Below are positions 18,990 through 28,323 of a stretch of DNA of 50,780 bases, one piece after another. Under the pieces are notes generated by a model. The model made no database searches, was not told where the DNA came from, and saw nothing but the letters and a program-made list of their open reading frames with translations. The stretch spans positions 1 through 50,780 of the forward strand of contig DRQG01000140.1 in NCBI GenBank assembly GCA_011369465.1. Direction: 5' to 3'. Numbering within the stretch: position 1 is the stretch's first letter; the number at the start of each line of letters is the position of its first letter. Position numbers and translations under genes: made by a program. The DNA is from Caldithrix abyssi. Lineage in GTDB: Bacteria; Calditrichota; Calditrichia; Calditrichales; Calditrichaceae.

Positions 18990-19529
18990 TTACTGTCCCT
19001 GTCGTTGTTTTGTTATTACTTCTATAATCCCCTGGCAAAACTGCGGCAGGTCGTCCGGACGACGGCTGGAAACCATATTACGGTCGATTACCAGCGGCTC
19101 ATCCACCCATTGCGCTCCGGCGTTGATTAAATCGTCCTTTATACCGGGGGTGGAAGTGCATTTATAACCCTTCATAATGCCTGCTGAAATAGGTATCCAC
19201 CCGGCGTGGCAAATATGGGCGATTAATTTACCGGCATTATGAATTTGGCGGGTCAGATCCAATACTTTGGCATCGCGGCGTAGTTTGTCCGGCGCAAATC
19301 CGCCAGCTAAAACCAATCCGTCAAAATCTTCCGCCCGCATATCAGCGATTCGGGCATCCGGCTTACAGGGATAACCGTTTTTGCCCAGATAAATATTACC
19401 GGTATCCGGGCCGGCGACGATGACTTCCGCTCCGGCTTCGCTCAGGCGAATTTTCGGATACCACAGTTCCAGATCTTCATACATATTTTCTACAAACATT
19501 AACAGGCGTTTACCATCTAACTCACCCAT
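18990..19529 (-). CDS. DJ-1/PfpI family protein (class-I glutamine amidotransferase-like, intracellular protease/glyoxalase-type).
   Basis: 179 aa. Nucleophile-elbow context KLIAHICHAGW with Cys. Overall collinear with PfpI (DGLVLAGGFAPD...). Confidence 0.8.
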   Translation of the reverse strand: MGELDGKRLLMFVENMYEDLELWYPKIRLSEAGAEVIVAGPDTGNIYLGKNGYPCKPDARIADMRAEDFDGLVLAGGFAPDKLRRDAKVLDLTRQIHNAGKLIAHICHAGWIPISAGIMKGYKCTSTPGIKDDLINAGAQWVDEPLVIDRNMVSSRRPDDLPQFCQGIIEVITKQRQGQ

Positions 19530-19732
19530 GGTTGCCTCCTTTGGTGAATCAGTTTTTCTATTTTTTTTACTTTCCTGAATTTATAACCATTTCAAAATTT
19601 AAACAACAACGAATTTATCTTCTTTTTTTTGAATATTTTTGCATTAAATAACATTTCTTCGGCATTTCTCTGTTGACAGAATCGGTCTGGAACACTTATA
19701 TTGTTATACCCCGAATTTAATTGTAATCCCAA

Positions 19733-20194
19733 GTGAAAGGATGGCGTATGCACTCTTCCCTAAAAATTCTTAGTGCCGTATTGGTTTTCATTTCGTTTAA
19801 CGGGCTGTTAAACGCGCAGGATAATTCGATTGTGGGCCGCTGGAAAACGATCGATGACGAAACCGGCGAACCCAAATCCATTGTAAGCATCTACGAAAGA
19901 GACGGCAAGTATTACGGCCGCATCGACTCACTTTTTCGTAAGCCGGGTGAAGACCCCGATCCTATATGTGATAAGTGCCCGGAAGACGATCCCCGCTATA
20001 AACAAAAAACAATCGGTATGGAAATTATAAAAGATATGGTAAAGGACGGCGATGAATATGTGGATGGCACCATCCTCGATCCCAAAAAAGGGAAAATTTA
20101 TAATTGCAAGCTGTGGATTGAAGACGGAAAATTGATGGTACGGGGCTACATACTGTTTCTATACCGAACACAAACCTGGTACCGGGTAGATTGA
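19733..20194 (+). CDS. DUF2147-family secreted protein.
   Basis: Signal peptide followed by the pattern GRWKTIDDETGEPKSIVSIYERDGKYYGRI...ILDPKKGKIYNCKLWIEDGKLMVRGY...RTQTWYRV, which is characteristic of DUF2147. Confidence 0.55.
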   Translation: MKGWRMHSSLKILSAVLVFISFNGLLNAQDNSIVGRWKTIDDETGEPKSIVSIYERDGKYYGRIDSLFRKPGEDPDPICDKCPEDDPRYKQKTIGMEIIKDMVKDGDEYVDGTILDPKKGKIYNCKLWIEDGKLMVRGYILFLYRTQTWYRVD

Positions 20195-20242
20195 CGGAGC
20201 CCCCGATTTTGAAAGCGACGTGTACAACGACCTGACTCACCA

Positions 20243-20284
20243 AAAGCTTCCTCTTATCTACCATAAAGAGGAAGCTTTTTTTTT
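20243..20284 (+). terminator. Rho-independent terminator downstream of the DUF2147 gene.
   Basis: Perfect 14-bp stem AAAAGCTTCCTCTT / AAGAGGAAGCTTTT with a 10-nt loop, followed by a T8 run. Confidence 0.7.
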
Positions 20285-20322
20285 GATAGAAGTTTTTTTA
20301 CCCAAAAGAAAGAGAGAAACCC

Positions 20323-21273
20323 ATGCTGACAGCTATTATTATTTTCGTTATCCTCTTAGGGTTCATTTATGAATACCGCCTGAGAAAGCCGGATCAGCTC
20401 GTTTTATACGAGTCGCGCGGCGTTGTTAAACAGCGGAAGGGAAAGTTCTATCCCCGTCATTTCAGCCTGGCCATCCCGGCTACCATTCATTCTTCCGCGG
20501 TTAAAGTCGAAGCAGAGGCCAAAGGGAAATTACCGATCCTTGTGCAGGTGGCCCTGGCCTGCGCCGCCTCGCCCTCGCAGCTAAGCGAATTGGTGCGCGT
20601 AGGTGGATGGGACAAAAACGCGGTACCCAAAGCCGCCGCCGAACTGGAAATCCTCATTACAAGTTATGTGAAAGAATTTGCCCAGCAGTTTGAAATAGAA
20701 GAATTAAGCGCCGAAAAACTAACCCAGCATCTGAACAAAAAACTGGGACTAACCGTACACGCTCTGGGGCTGGACATCATCAGTTGTCAGGTGCAAGCGG
20801 TAGATCCGCTGGATGAAGAGATAGCCGAAGCCATGCGCAAACAGGAAGCGGCGCGTATTATGGAGCAAACCGAACAGGCCAATCAAAAAGCGCGGGTAGC
20901 CGCGGCGCAAGCCCGTATCGAAGCGGACGACAAAATCGCACAAACGGAGCACCAACTAGCCTTAAAGAAACTGGCTCTGGAAGAAAAACAGCAGCAAAAA
21001 GAGGCTCTTCTGCAAAAGCAGCGGGTGGAAGAAGAAATCAAACGCCGCAAAATGCAGATGGAAGTGGAAAAGAAAGAGGTGGAGTTGCTTAAGGAAAATC
21101 CCGAGCTGCTGATTCTCAGCCCGCAAATAGCGCGTCTGGCCGAAGCCAGTCAAAGTATGCCCAATGCCAAAACGGTGGTTTCCCTTTCTCCCGAACAGGC
21201 CGCGCAAAGCTCGCAAATCATATCCGTCATTCAGGAGTTGCTGCAGAAAATGGTGGAGAAAAAGAAGGAGTAG
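20323..21273 (+). CDS. Membrane-anchored coiled-coil protein, possibly SPFH/flotillin-like.
   Basis: N-terminal transmembrane helix [17 protein letters not shown]-terminal roughly 120 aa rich in Q/E/K/A heptads ([56 protein letters not shown]), as seen in flotillin. Confidence 0.4.
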   Translation: MLTAIIIFVILLGFIYEYRLRKPDQLVLYESRGVVKQRKGKFYPRHFSLAIPATIHSSAVKVEAEAKGKLPILVQVALACAASPSQLSELVRVGGWDKNAVPKAAAELEILITSYVKEFAQQFEIEELSAEKLTQHLNKKLGLTVHALGLDIISCQVQAVDPLDEEIAEAMRKQEAARIMEQTEQANQKARVAAAQARIEADDKIAQTEHQLALKKLALEEKQQQKEALLQKQRVEEEIKRRKMQMEVEKKEVELLKENPELLILSPQIARLAEASQSMPNAKTVVSLSPEQAAQSSQIISVIQELLQKMVEKKKE

Positions 21274-21279
21274 GATATA

Positions 21280-21750
21280 GTGTGTGGAGTAATGGGGAGC
21301 CGGATGCCGGGAATTTGAAATTAGAAATTGGAAACTGGGAACTGGGAATTGGGAACTGGATGCTTGATGCTGGAAATTGGATACTGGTAGCTGGTAATGA
21401 AATGAAAAATTAAGAATGACTCTGTGATCTCGGCGTTCTCTGCGGTTGGATAAAACAGGGGCAAAGGCACAAAGGCACAAAGTACCGCAAGATTTATCTT
21501 GCGCTCAGGGTAGGCAGACAACCCTTCGACCCCGACAAGCCGGGGCAGGCAGAGCTCAGGGAACGGAGGCTGATAACCGATAGCCAAGAATTTCGAACGC
21601 CGATTAACGACTTAAGAACTGACAACTAACAACTGAAAACTGATAACTGATAACTGACAACTGAAAACTGAAAACTAATTACCGATAGCCAACAGCTAAC
21701 AGCCTATAGCCAAAAGCAGATGACCGACAGCTAATAACTGAAAACTAAAA
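21280..21750 (+). repeat. Composite intergenic repeat element, copy B (full length, three modules).
   Basis: Module 1: GGAAYTGG-type tandem run GGAAACTGGGAACTGGGAATTGGGAACTGGATGCTTGATGCTGG at about 21312-21400. Module 2: conserved core GTTGGATAAAACAGGGGCAAAGGCACAAAG..GCAAGATTTATCTTGCGCTCAGGGTAGGCAGACAACCCTTCGAC at about 21440-21530. Module 3: A-rich AACTGA(C/A/T)A and GATAGCCAACAGCTAACAGCC words at about 21570-21750. Confidence 0.75.
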
Positions 21751-21754
21751 ATCT

Positions 21755-24700
21755 ATGCCTCAAAACAATAACAACATAAACCCGCTGGAGTATTTTCGCT
21801 TACGACCGATCAAGGCGGCCAAGGTTTCCGAAATCAGCGAAGCGACGGCTTCCTCGCCTCTGTCGCCGGCCGAACGGGTTAATTTCCACATCGGACACCC
21901 GCTGCAGGAAGAAGAGCTGAGCGCGTTTTATTTTCGTCTAACCGTTTCCGCAGCGGAAGAAGAGGAACACAGCGAAGCAGGCCGGGCTGATTTTCTGCGC
22001 CGTTGCATTGCCCAATGCGCGCCGTATATGCCGCGCGGCGGGTATGCCGCAGCCGACGGACATCCTCTGCTGGAACATCTGCAAAACTGGCTTAAAGGAC
22101 AGAGCGAGCCGCTGGAATACGAATCCGGCCTTCGTCGGGAAATTATTTTCGGCAGCGGCGGCGTTACCGAAAATTTGCGCGTATTGTTTACCGCCCTGCA
22201 GCGATTCCTGCGCTACCAACCGGCGCAGATTTGCCTTTTCCAAAGCGAGCTACCGGAATTTTTACGTAACTTTCCTCCTTTACAGTTTTTATACTATGAT
22301 GAAGCCTCGTCTCTGCCGGATTATCTGCAAAACTTACTAAACGCCCATCCGCAGCGGCCCCTGTTTTTAATCTATCAAACCGTGCTGCCGGAAGCGGTGC
22401 GGCGTGAACTGCGGGAAATCAGTCTGCAAAAGCCCTTGTTTTTTATCGAGCTGAATGACGCGCCCAATCATTTGTCCATGGCCCGTGAGGCGCGCATGCA
22501 GGAAAGGGTACTACGTTTTCTGACGCCCAAAATATTCCACCCGGCGCTGCAGCATCTGTCCACCATATTCATTTTGGGCAGCCACGATTATCTTAAAGTG
22601 CTGGAAACCGTACACTTCGAACTGAAAGGCACGCCGGCCGCCGCCGAAATAGAATGGCTGACTTATGCGCTGGACAACCATATCCTGCCTCCGGAAAATG
22701 AGTCCTCATCTTTGGAGGCTCCGTCCGACCGGCACCGGCATACCAGCCCGTTCATTTCCACCGGTGAGCGGCTCGTGCGCAAATTCGGGGGATTGGTCAG
22801 CGGACAACCGCTTTTACTGGAAACGGCCGCAACCGTGGTAGAGCAATACAGTCAGCGGCAGCAAGAGCGTTTTTCCTCTTTGTATCGTTTCATAAATCGT
22901 TTACCGTTTGTGGAAAGGGAACAGGGTGAAAACCTCGACCATATTCCGGCCTTAAAAATACTGGACACCCTGCTGAAACAACCGCAGGATAAAGCCTTTG
23001 CCGCATTACTGCAGGAAAACTTCCTGTCCGCCTTCCTGCGTCATCACCCGGAATACGAGATGGAACACTGTGCGGTGGTCAGCGGATCATCGCGTACGGC
23101 GCTGAGCCTTTTGGGAAAACATTGCGGAGTCAGCGAGGTGATCAGTCCGGATTTGGGCTGGACGTACGAACACTGTTTCCCGCGGGTCAGCTTTGTTCCG
23201 CTTAAAAGCGATCTGTCGCTGGACAGCGAGGCTATCCTGCAAACCGTGCAGCGCAAAAGGGAAGCGGACGCCCGCTGGACCGAGTACGGCGCGGTGATAC
23301 TCAACAATCCCCACAACGCCAGCGGCAGTGTTTTCGACAGTAGCCGGATGAGCGAGCTGCTGCGCCGGCTGCTGAAAGCCGGTGTGCGGGTCATCGATGA
23401 TCTGTCTTATCAGAATGTAAACCCCGGCGAAACCTGGCGGGAGATTCCCACGCTCAAGCAGCTCACCGCCGAATTGCGGCGCAACGGTTACCTTTCCGAA
23501 GAACAGGCGGCGCGCCTGATTACCGTTCATTCGCTGTCCAAAACGGACGCCTTTGCCGGAGGTCGTCTGGCCGTTATCGAACTTCCCGAAGAGGATTTGC
23601 GGGATAGCTACCGGAAAATCACCGCGCATATCTACCCTAATATCATGGCCGTTTTGCTGGCCTATCTGTTTTACCGCAATCCGCCGGAAAAACTGAACGC
23701 TTACTGGCATTTGCGCAACCGCATTTTTGACCGCCGCATGCAAGCTATCGAGCAGGCCTTGCAGGAACTGCCCGCCAACCGTAATCCCTACGGCATCAAA
23801 GTGAAACGTCCCTCCGGAAGCATGTATCCGCGCATGGTCATCGAACGCCTGCCCGAGGGGCTTTCGCTGGACTGGCTTTCTTCGGGGCTGGCGGTACAGG
23901 GTATCGGGCTGGTGCCGCTGTCCACGTTTTCGCGCACGGCGGAAGGGTACGAGCTGGGACGTAAATCCTTCCGCTTGACGCTGGGCGGCGCTTCCGGCGC
24001 AGCGGAGCTGAAGAACAAAACCCGCCGCGTGATCATCGACCTGAACCGTATGCTGGCCCGCCAGGATGAAGGATACAACCGCAAACGCTTTGCCGTGCGC
24101 ACAACCATCGACGCCGGCCGGGGCTTCTTCCCCGGCGCCTGGGAAGCCTGGAAAGGCATCGATGAGGAAATCCGCCGTTGGGCCGTGCAGGCGCTGGACT
24201 TTTATCTGAAAAAACAACCCGCAGGCAGCGAACGGCATAAATTATTAACCGAATTCGGGAAAGAGTACCTGCCGCATCGATTGGCCGTGTACCGCCAGCG
24301 GCTGCAGGATCGGCTGCATATTGGCGGCCGGTTAATCGAAGCCGGACGAGGGCCGGGCAAACCGGAACTGCTGGAGGTTCTGGAAAGAGAATTTTACAAA
24401 GAGACGCTGCCGGAACGGGGCGAACGGTTCCGCCGCCGTTTATTTGACCGCACGGTGCACCCCACGCAGATGTATGCTCTGCAAAGCGAAGCGGTCTTTA
24501 ACGGGATAATAGATCGCTTGCTTACGGACGGAGATATTTCGCGAGAGATATTACGCCGCGCCGGAAAAACCCTGGCCGAAGAGTATCTGGGCCGCAACGT
24601 ACCCGTCAGTTCAGTGCAGGAGGCCGAGGAACTGCTGCTTGATCTCAACGACGTCATCGCCGCCGAAGAATTTGCCCGCTGGAACGGTGATTTCCGCTTC

Positions 24701-27316
24701 CGACCCTTCCTTTCCTTTTGGGGCGATTGGGACGGCAGTACGCGGCCTTCCGGGCAGGGGCACCGGCTGGTGGCGGCGGTGGTGATGGAAAATGTAAAAC
24801 GCCAGACCAACATACTCAATACGCTGCTGCAAATCGACGGGACGCTGCCGCTGGACGCCGCTCTGCGCCGGGAGATGCTGGCTTTGCCCGCGCACAACAA
24901 ACGTTTCTGGAATCTGCTGAACCGTATTACCCAATTGACCAATCAATTGGAAAAGCGCTACCGCAGCGTTCTGCCTTTCGAAACGGATTACGGCGCCTGG
25001 CGTAAATGGGCTGTGCGCGTTCATCTGCGCCGCGATCCCGTTACCGTACTCTGGCAGCATAACGACCGATTGGAAAAAAAGATGCGCGAGCTGCGCGCCC
25101 GTCGCCGCGAGATGCTGGAATATTATTTTGCGCTCAATAAACGGCTGCGCAAAACTCTGCACGGGCTTTTGCCGCACATCGAAACGCATCTGCACCATAG
25201 GGAAATCGCCCTGAGCGCGGGCGGCTTTCGCAGTTTGCTGGCCCGTTTTGTGCTCACCCCGCGTATTCATCAAAAAATGATTTTGGCCAAAGACGCCTTT
25301 CCCATCAACACCACAGCGTATAATTTAACCGAGTTGAATGAGATTGCCGGCAAATACGGCAATCCGGGCGTGGTGCTGGCGCTGCAAATCAGTATGTCCA
25401 CACAGGCGGAAGCGTTGATCGCTTTGGACCGCAAACTGAACGCCGAGCGCGAACGAACCCTGCGCCGCGAACCGGAGGCTGACATTCCGTCCATTTGGCT
25501 GGTGCCCTTATTCGAAGGCGCCGACGAGGTAAAAACAATAGACGACTATCTGAACAAGCTGTGGGATTACGCCGTGCAGAGCCGCCGCCTGAACCGGAAG
25601 CCGGTGGAACGGCTGTCCGAACTGCTGTGTGAGTTGTTCATCGCCGGGTCGGATTTAAGCCAGCAGGTCGGCCAGTTGAACGGTGCGGCGTTGTACAGAC
25701 AAGCCAAAATGAAAATCATCCGCTGGCTGGCCCGGCGCGATTTAACCGATCAGGTGCGCATTAAATTGGGCTGCGGCGAACCGATGCAGCGACAGGGCGG
25801 CTACTACGACGCGCTGGCAGGGGCGCCCGCTTTTGAAACAAACCCAAGCGCCGCGCGCCGCCTCAAAGAGTATTTGCCTCCTTCCGCGCAAAAAAGCGCC
25901 GAATTTGCCCGCAGCCCCCTGCGCGGCATTCTGGCCGACGGCGACCTGCGCACCTATCAGAGCAACCTGATGGAGCATTTACGCCGCCTGGGTATGGAAG
26001 AACGCAGCCAGATTTTTTATCACGTTATTCAGACGCAAAAGAACTACCACAGCGAACTGGTTAAGGCGGCCGAACCGCTGTTGGATACCCGTCTGCCCTA
26101 CACGGAACGCGGGTTGGGAAATTTGAAAATGCTTATCGGACTGAACGAAGATGAGGCGTTCGGCCGTTTTCTGGAACTGTACACCCGCAATTTCCGGCAG
26201 ATTCTTTACGGCAGCGAGGAAGATGTGGTGGGCATTCATATCGTGTCCTATTTTATTTCCCGCGCCATGCCGGCCCTGCGCGACCGTCCCACGGTTCGGC
26301 CTTCCGCTACGTCCGGGGAAGTGCGCGGCCAGCAGATTATTCAACGTATCGCCAAAACCCTGCCGCTGGCCAATCACGGCAGTCTGCTGCGGGCCATCGG
26401 TCACAACCGCGCGCAAACCTTCGTTCTGGGCGTCAACCAGCTTACCACCGGCCTGTTCCGCGCCCTGCAGGAATTCAGCAACGAAGAAAGCGGCTCTTCC
26501 CGGATCCACGAACGCGTTTTGCCGCAGTTAGCCGTTTACGATATCCTGCGCGCTCTGCGGCTGTATCACGATCCCGAACTACGCTACGCGGCCAAAATGC
26601 AGGAAGCTTTTTCTCCCGGAAATTCATCCTTTTTGCTGTTGCGCGAAGATGTGGACAGTATTCCCTCGTTTTTATACGGCCTGCGCCGTGAGCTGATCCG
26701 CCGACAGGGATTGGACCCGGCCGATTTTTTTGAAGGCGGACGGTTTAAGCCGCAGCTCTTGCCCGCCCTGCGTCCCGATCTGGCCGTTCTGATGCAGGAC
26801 GACCTGTTTAACACCGACGCGGCCGTTTTCTTTTCAGCCATCGGCGGGAAATGGGATGATACCTGGGAAAAAGAGATACGCCGCCTGCTGAATATCCCCA
26901 GACGCATCCGCGAATGGCGGCAAAAAATATGGACATTGATTGAAGAACCGATATTCCAGCAGACGGCCAGTTTCAGAGAGCTGGCCCGGGCGATTCATTT
27001 CTTTAGCGGGAACAAGGACGCGGCCGAGCTGCCCTTTTCGGCCAGTCCGAGCGAGGTATTGCGTATCGGCAGCAGCGTTACCCAGGCACTGCGCGGCACT
27101 GTAGATGACAGCATGCGCCAGTTTCTGCTTTCCGCGGTACAATTTTTAACCCAACTGCCGGGCAAACTGCCCGAAGTGCCCATCGACATCATCCGCGCCC
27201 TGCGCGACGTGGAACGCATCATTCAAATTGAAGAGCAGGCCCTATCCGCCGCCCAGCAGGACGAGCTGCGCTTCTATCTGCTGCAAATGGCCCGGTTGAC
27301 GGGGGAGAACGGATAG
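21755..27316 (+). CDS. Giant 1853-aa multidomain protein: unknown N-terminal region, a class-I/II PLP aminotransferase-like domain, and a C-terminal divergent phosphoenolpyruvate carboxylase (PEPC)-like module.
   Basis: Aminotransferase motifs: NNPHNASG (23301-23324), VIDDLSY, and HSLSKTDAFAGGRLA with the PLP lysine (23529-23573). Collinear PEPC motifs with near-native spacing: TVHPTQ ~ PEPC TAHPTE (about 24451-24468); FWGDWDGS ~ WMGGDRDGN (24716-24739); LVPLFEGADEV ~ VPLFETLDDL (25499-25531); FIAGSDLSQQVG ~ MIGYSDSAKDAG (25637-25672); KLGCGEPMQRQGG ~ FHGRGGSIGRGG (25763-25801). Uninterrupted 5.56-kb ORF at about 60% GC. Confidence 0.6.
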   Translation: MPQNNNNINPLEYFRLRPIKAAKVSEISEATASSPLSPAERVNFHIGHPLQEEELSAFYFRLTVSAAEEEEHSEAGRADFLRRCIAQCAPYMPRGGYAAADGHPLLEHLQNWLKGQSEPLEYESGLRREIIFGSGGVTENLRVLFTALQRFLRYQPAQICLFQSELPEFLRNFPPLQFLYYDEASSLPDYLQNLLNAHPQRPLFLIYQTVLPEAVRRELREISLQKPLFFIELNDAPNHLSMAREARMQERVLRFLTPKIFHPALQHLSTIFILGSHDYLKVLETVHFELKGTPAAAEIEWLTYALDNHILPPENESSSLEAPSDRHRHTSPFISTGERLVRKFGGLVSGQPLLLETAATVVEQYSQRQQERFSSLYRFINRLPFVEREQGENLDHIPALKILDTLLKQPQDKAFAALLQENFLSAFLRHHPEYEMEHCAVVSGSSRTALSLLGKHCGVSEVISPDLGWTYEHCFPRVSFVPLKSDLSLDSEAILQTVQRKREADARWTEYGAVILNNPHNASGSVFDSSRMSELLRRLLKAGVRVIDDLSYQNVNPGETWREIPTLKQLTAELRRNGYLSEEQAARLITVHSLSKTDAFAGGRLAVIELPEEDLRDSYRKITAHIYPNIMAVLLAYLFYRNPPEKLNAYWHLRNRIFDRRMQAIEQALQELPANRNPYGIKVKRPSGSMYPRMVIERLPEGLSLDWLSSGLAVQGIGLVPLSTFSRTAEGYELGRKSFRLTLGGASGAAELKNKTRRVIIDLNRMLARQDEGYNRKRFAVRTTIDAGRGFFPGAWEAWKGIDEEIRRWAVQALDFYLKKQPAGSERHKLLTEFGKEYLPHRLAVYRQRLQDRLHIGGRLIEAGRGPGKPELLEVLEREFYKETLPERGERFRRRLFDRTVHPTQMYALQSEAVFNGIIDRLLTDGDISREILRRAGKTLAEEYLGRNVPVSSVQEAEELLLDLNDVIAAEEFARWNGDFRFRPFLSFWGDWDGSTRPSGQGHRLVAAVVMENVKRQTNILNTLLQIDGTLPLDAALRREMLALPAHNKRFWNLLNRITQLTNQLEKRYRSVLPFETDYGAWRKWAVRVHLRRDPVTVLWQHNDRLEKKMRELRARRREMLEYYFALNKRLRKTLHGLLPHIETHLHHREIALSAGGFRSLLARFVLTPRIHQKMILAKDAFPINTTAYNLTELNEIAGKYGNPGVVLALQISMSTQAEALIALDRKLNAERERTLRREPEADIPSIWLVPLFEGADEVKTIDDYLNKLWDYAVQSRRLNRKPVERLSELLCELFIAGSDLSQQVGQLNGAALYRQAKMKIIRWLARRDLTDQVRIKLGCGEPMQRQGGYYDALAGAPAFETNPSAARRLKEYLPPSAQKSAEFARSPLRGILADGDLRTYQSNLMEHLRRLGMEERSQIFYHVIQTQKNYHSELVKAAEPLLDTRLPYTERGLGNLKMLIGLNEDEAFGRFLELYTRNFRQILYGSEEDVVGIHIVSYFISRAMPALRDRPTVRPSATSGEVRGQQIIQRIAKTLPLANHGSLLRAIGHNRAQTFVLGVNQLTTGLFRALQEFSNEESGSSRIHERVLPQLAVYDILRALRLYHDPELRYAAKMQEAFSPGNSSFLLLREDVDSIPSFLYGLRRELIRRQGLDPADFFEGGRFKPQLLPALRPDLAVLMQDDLFNTDAAVFFSAIGGKWDDTWEKEIRRLLNIPRRIREWRQKIWTLIEEPIFQQTASFRELARAIHFFSGNKDAAELPFSASPSEVLRIGSSVTQALRGTVDDSMRQFLLSAVQFLTQLPGKLPEVPIDIIRALRDVERIIQIEEQALSAAQQDELRFYLLQMARLTGENG

Positions 27317-27317
27317 G

Positions 27318-27580
27318 ATAAGTGAGAAGTTGTGGGAGTGGAGTGATGGAGTTTTGGATTACTGGGTGGGGGGAGAGCGTAGGAATTAGGAACTTGGAAC
27401 TGGATGCTGGTTTCTGGAAACTGGAAATTGGGAACTTGGAACTGGGAAACAATTACGAATCATTCAATTATTTGTCTGCCGTAGGCACGGTGAATTACGA
27501 ATTAAGGGTGATAGCTTACAGCCAATAGCCAACAGCTAACAGCCCAACAACTCAATAACTTAATAACTGACAACTTTTGT
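27318..27580 (+). repeat. Composite intergenic repeat element, copy C (modules 1 and 3).
   Basis: GGAGTGGAGTGATGGAGTTTTGGATT...GGAACTTGGAACTGGATGCTGG...GGAAATTGGGAACTTGGAACTGGG followed by CCAATAGCCAACAGCTAACAGCC...AATAACTGACAAC. Confidence 0.7.
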
Positions 27581-27930
27581 CGCGAAGCAAAGAACCCTCC
27601 GGAAGAATCAATGAAATCGTACTGGTTTAAAGAAGAATGGCCCGGATTATTTTATAATCGGTTGTTGTTCTAATTATAGTTTGTCCATTGCAAAGAAAAT
27701 CCAAACGGTCTATATTATGGTAAACTATGCTATAAATCAAATCTTAGGCTGTATGAAAGCATGGGTATAATATGGAATAGTTATATAAGGTGGTATAATT
27801 GGTATTTTTATTGGCAATGAAAAAAACCGCAATAAACAGCTGATTTTGACCGGCGAAAAATACAACTTAGCAAGAGAAATTGAGACGTTTGTTTAAAAAT
27901 TTTTTTAATTAGAATTCAGGAATAAAACAA

Positions 27931-28281
27931 GTGAAATTATTTTTAATCACCATCGGATTGCTTAATGGAAGCTATATGCTCATAGACGGTGTCTATGTGC
28001 TGGTTAAGGGGAAATACATCGGCCCGGAAAAACCCGGACCGTGGGCCGGTATTTTTGCGGGTCTGGGAATAGACGTCTTTAAACTCGGCCCTTTGTTTGT
28101 GCTGTTCGGATTGCTGTGGCTGATCTTTGTGTACGGGGTGCAAACTTCACAAAATTGGGTTTATGTTTTCGGCCTGATTGTGTCCGCTGCTACCCTATGG
28201 TACCTGCCGTTTGGTACGTTCATTTCCATCATATCTATTGTTCTGCTGCTTTTTTTCAGGCAGAATTTGGGTATCCAATAA
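27931..28281 (+). CDS. Small hypothetical membrane protein (116 aa, about 3 transmembrane helices) with a GTG start.
   Basis: Hydrophobic segments LFLITIGLLNGSYMLIDGVYVLV, LFVLFGLLWLIFVYGV and VFGLIVSAATLWYLPFGTFISIISIVLLLFF. Preceded by a 340-bp AT-rich spacer with TATAAT-like boxes. Confidence 0.45.
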   Translation: MKLFLITIGLLNGSYMLIDGVYVLVKGKYIGPEKPGPWAGIFAGLGIDVFKLGPLFVLFGLLWLIFVYGVQTSQNWVYVFGLIVSAATLWYLPFGTFISIISIVLLLFFRQNLGIQ

Positions 28282-28323
28282 ACAGACAAGAAATAAAAGC
28301 CTATAAAACCTCAGGGATTTCGT

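Noticed and set aside
21312-21400. Possible CRISPR array. The tandem GGGAACTGG/GGGAATTGG runs recur at 27380-27450, 29822-29880 and 50578-50640. The GTCCC-N4-GGGAC hairpins at 18618-18830 were considered for the same reason.
   Set aside because: The repeat units are 8-9 nt and directly abutting or irregularly spaced. There are no spacers of 30-40 nt, no constant repeat length and no cas genes in the window. They behave as degenerate microsatellite-like modules of a dispersed intergenic element.
23087-24238. Long antisense ORFs inside the giant gene: 383 aa at 23087-24238, 220 aa at 24611-25273 and 176 aa at 25979-26509.
   Set aside because: High-GC DNA yields long stop-free antisense frames. 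Their translations are Arg/Ala/Gly/Pro-rich with no motifs. The sense-strand ORF is continuous for 1853 codons and carries recognisable enzyme motifs.
21755-27316. Calling the giant ORF simply 'phosphoenolpyruvate carboxylase (ppc)'.
   Set aside because: The PEPC-like motifs occupy only the C-terminal roughly 55% of the protein. The N-terminal roughly 850 aa include an aminotransferase-type PLP domain, and several catalytic PEPC residues are substituted. A housekeeping ppc call would be misleading.
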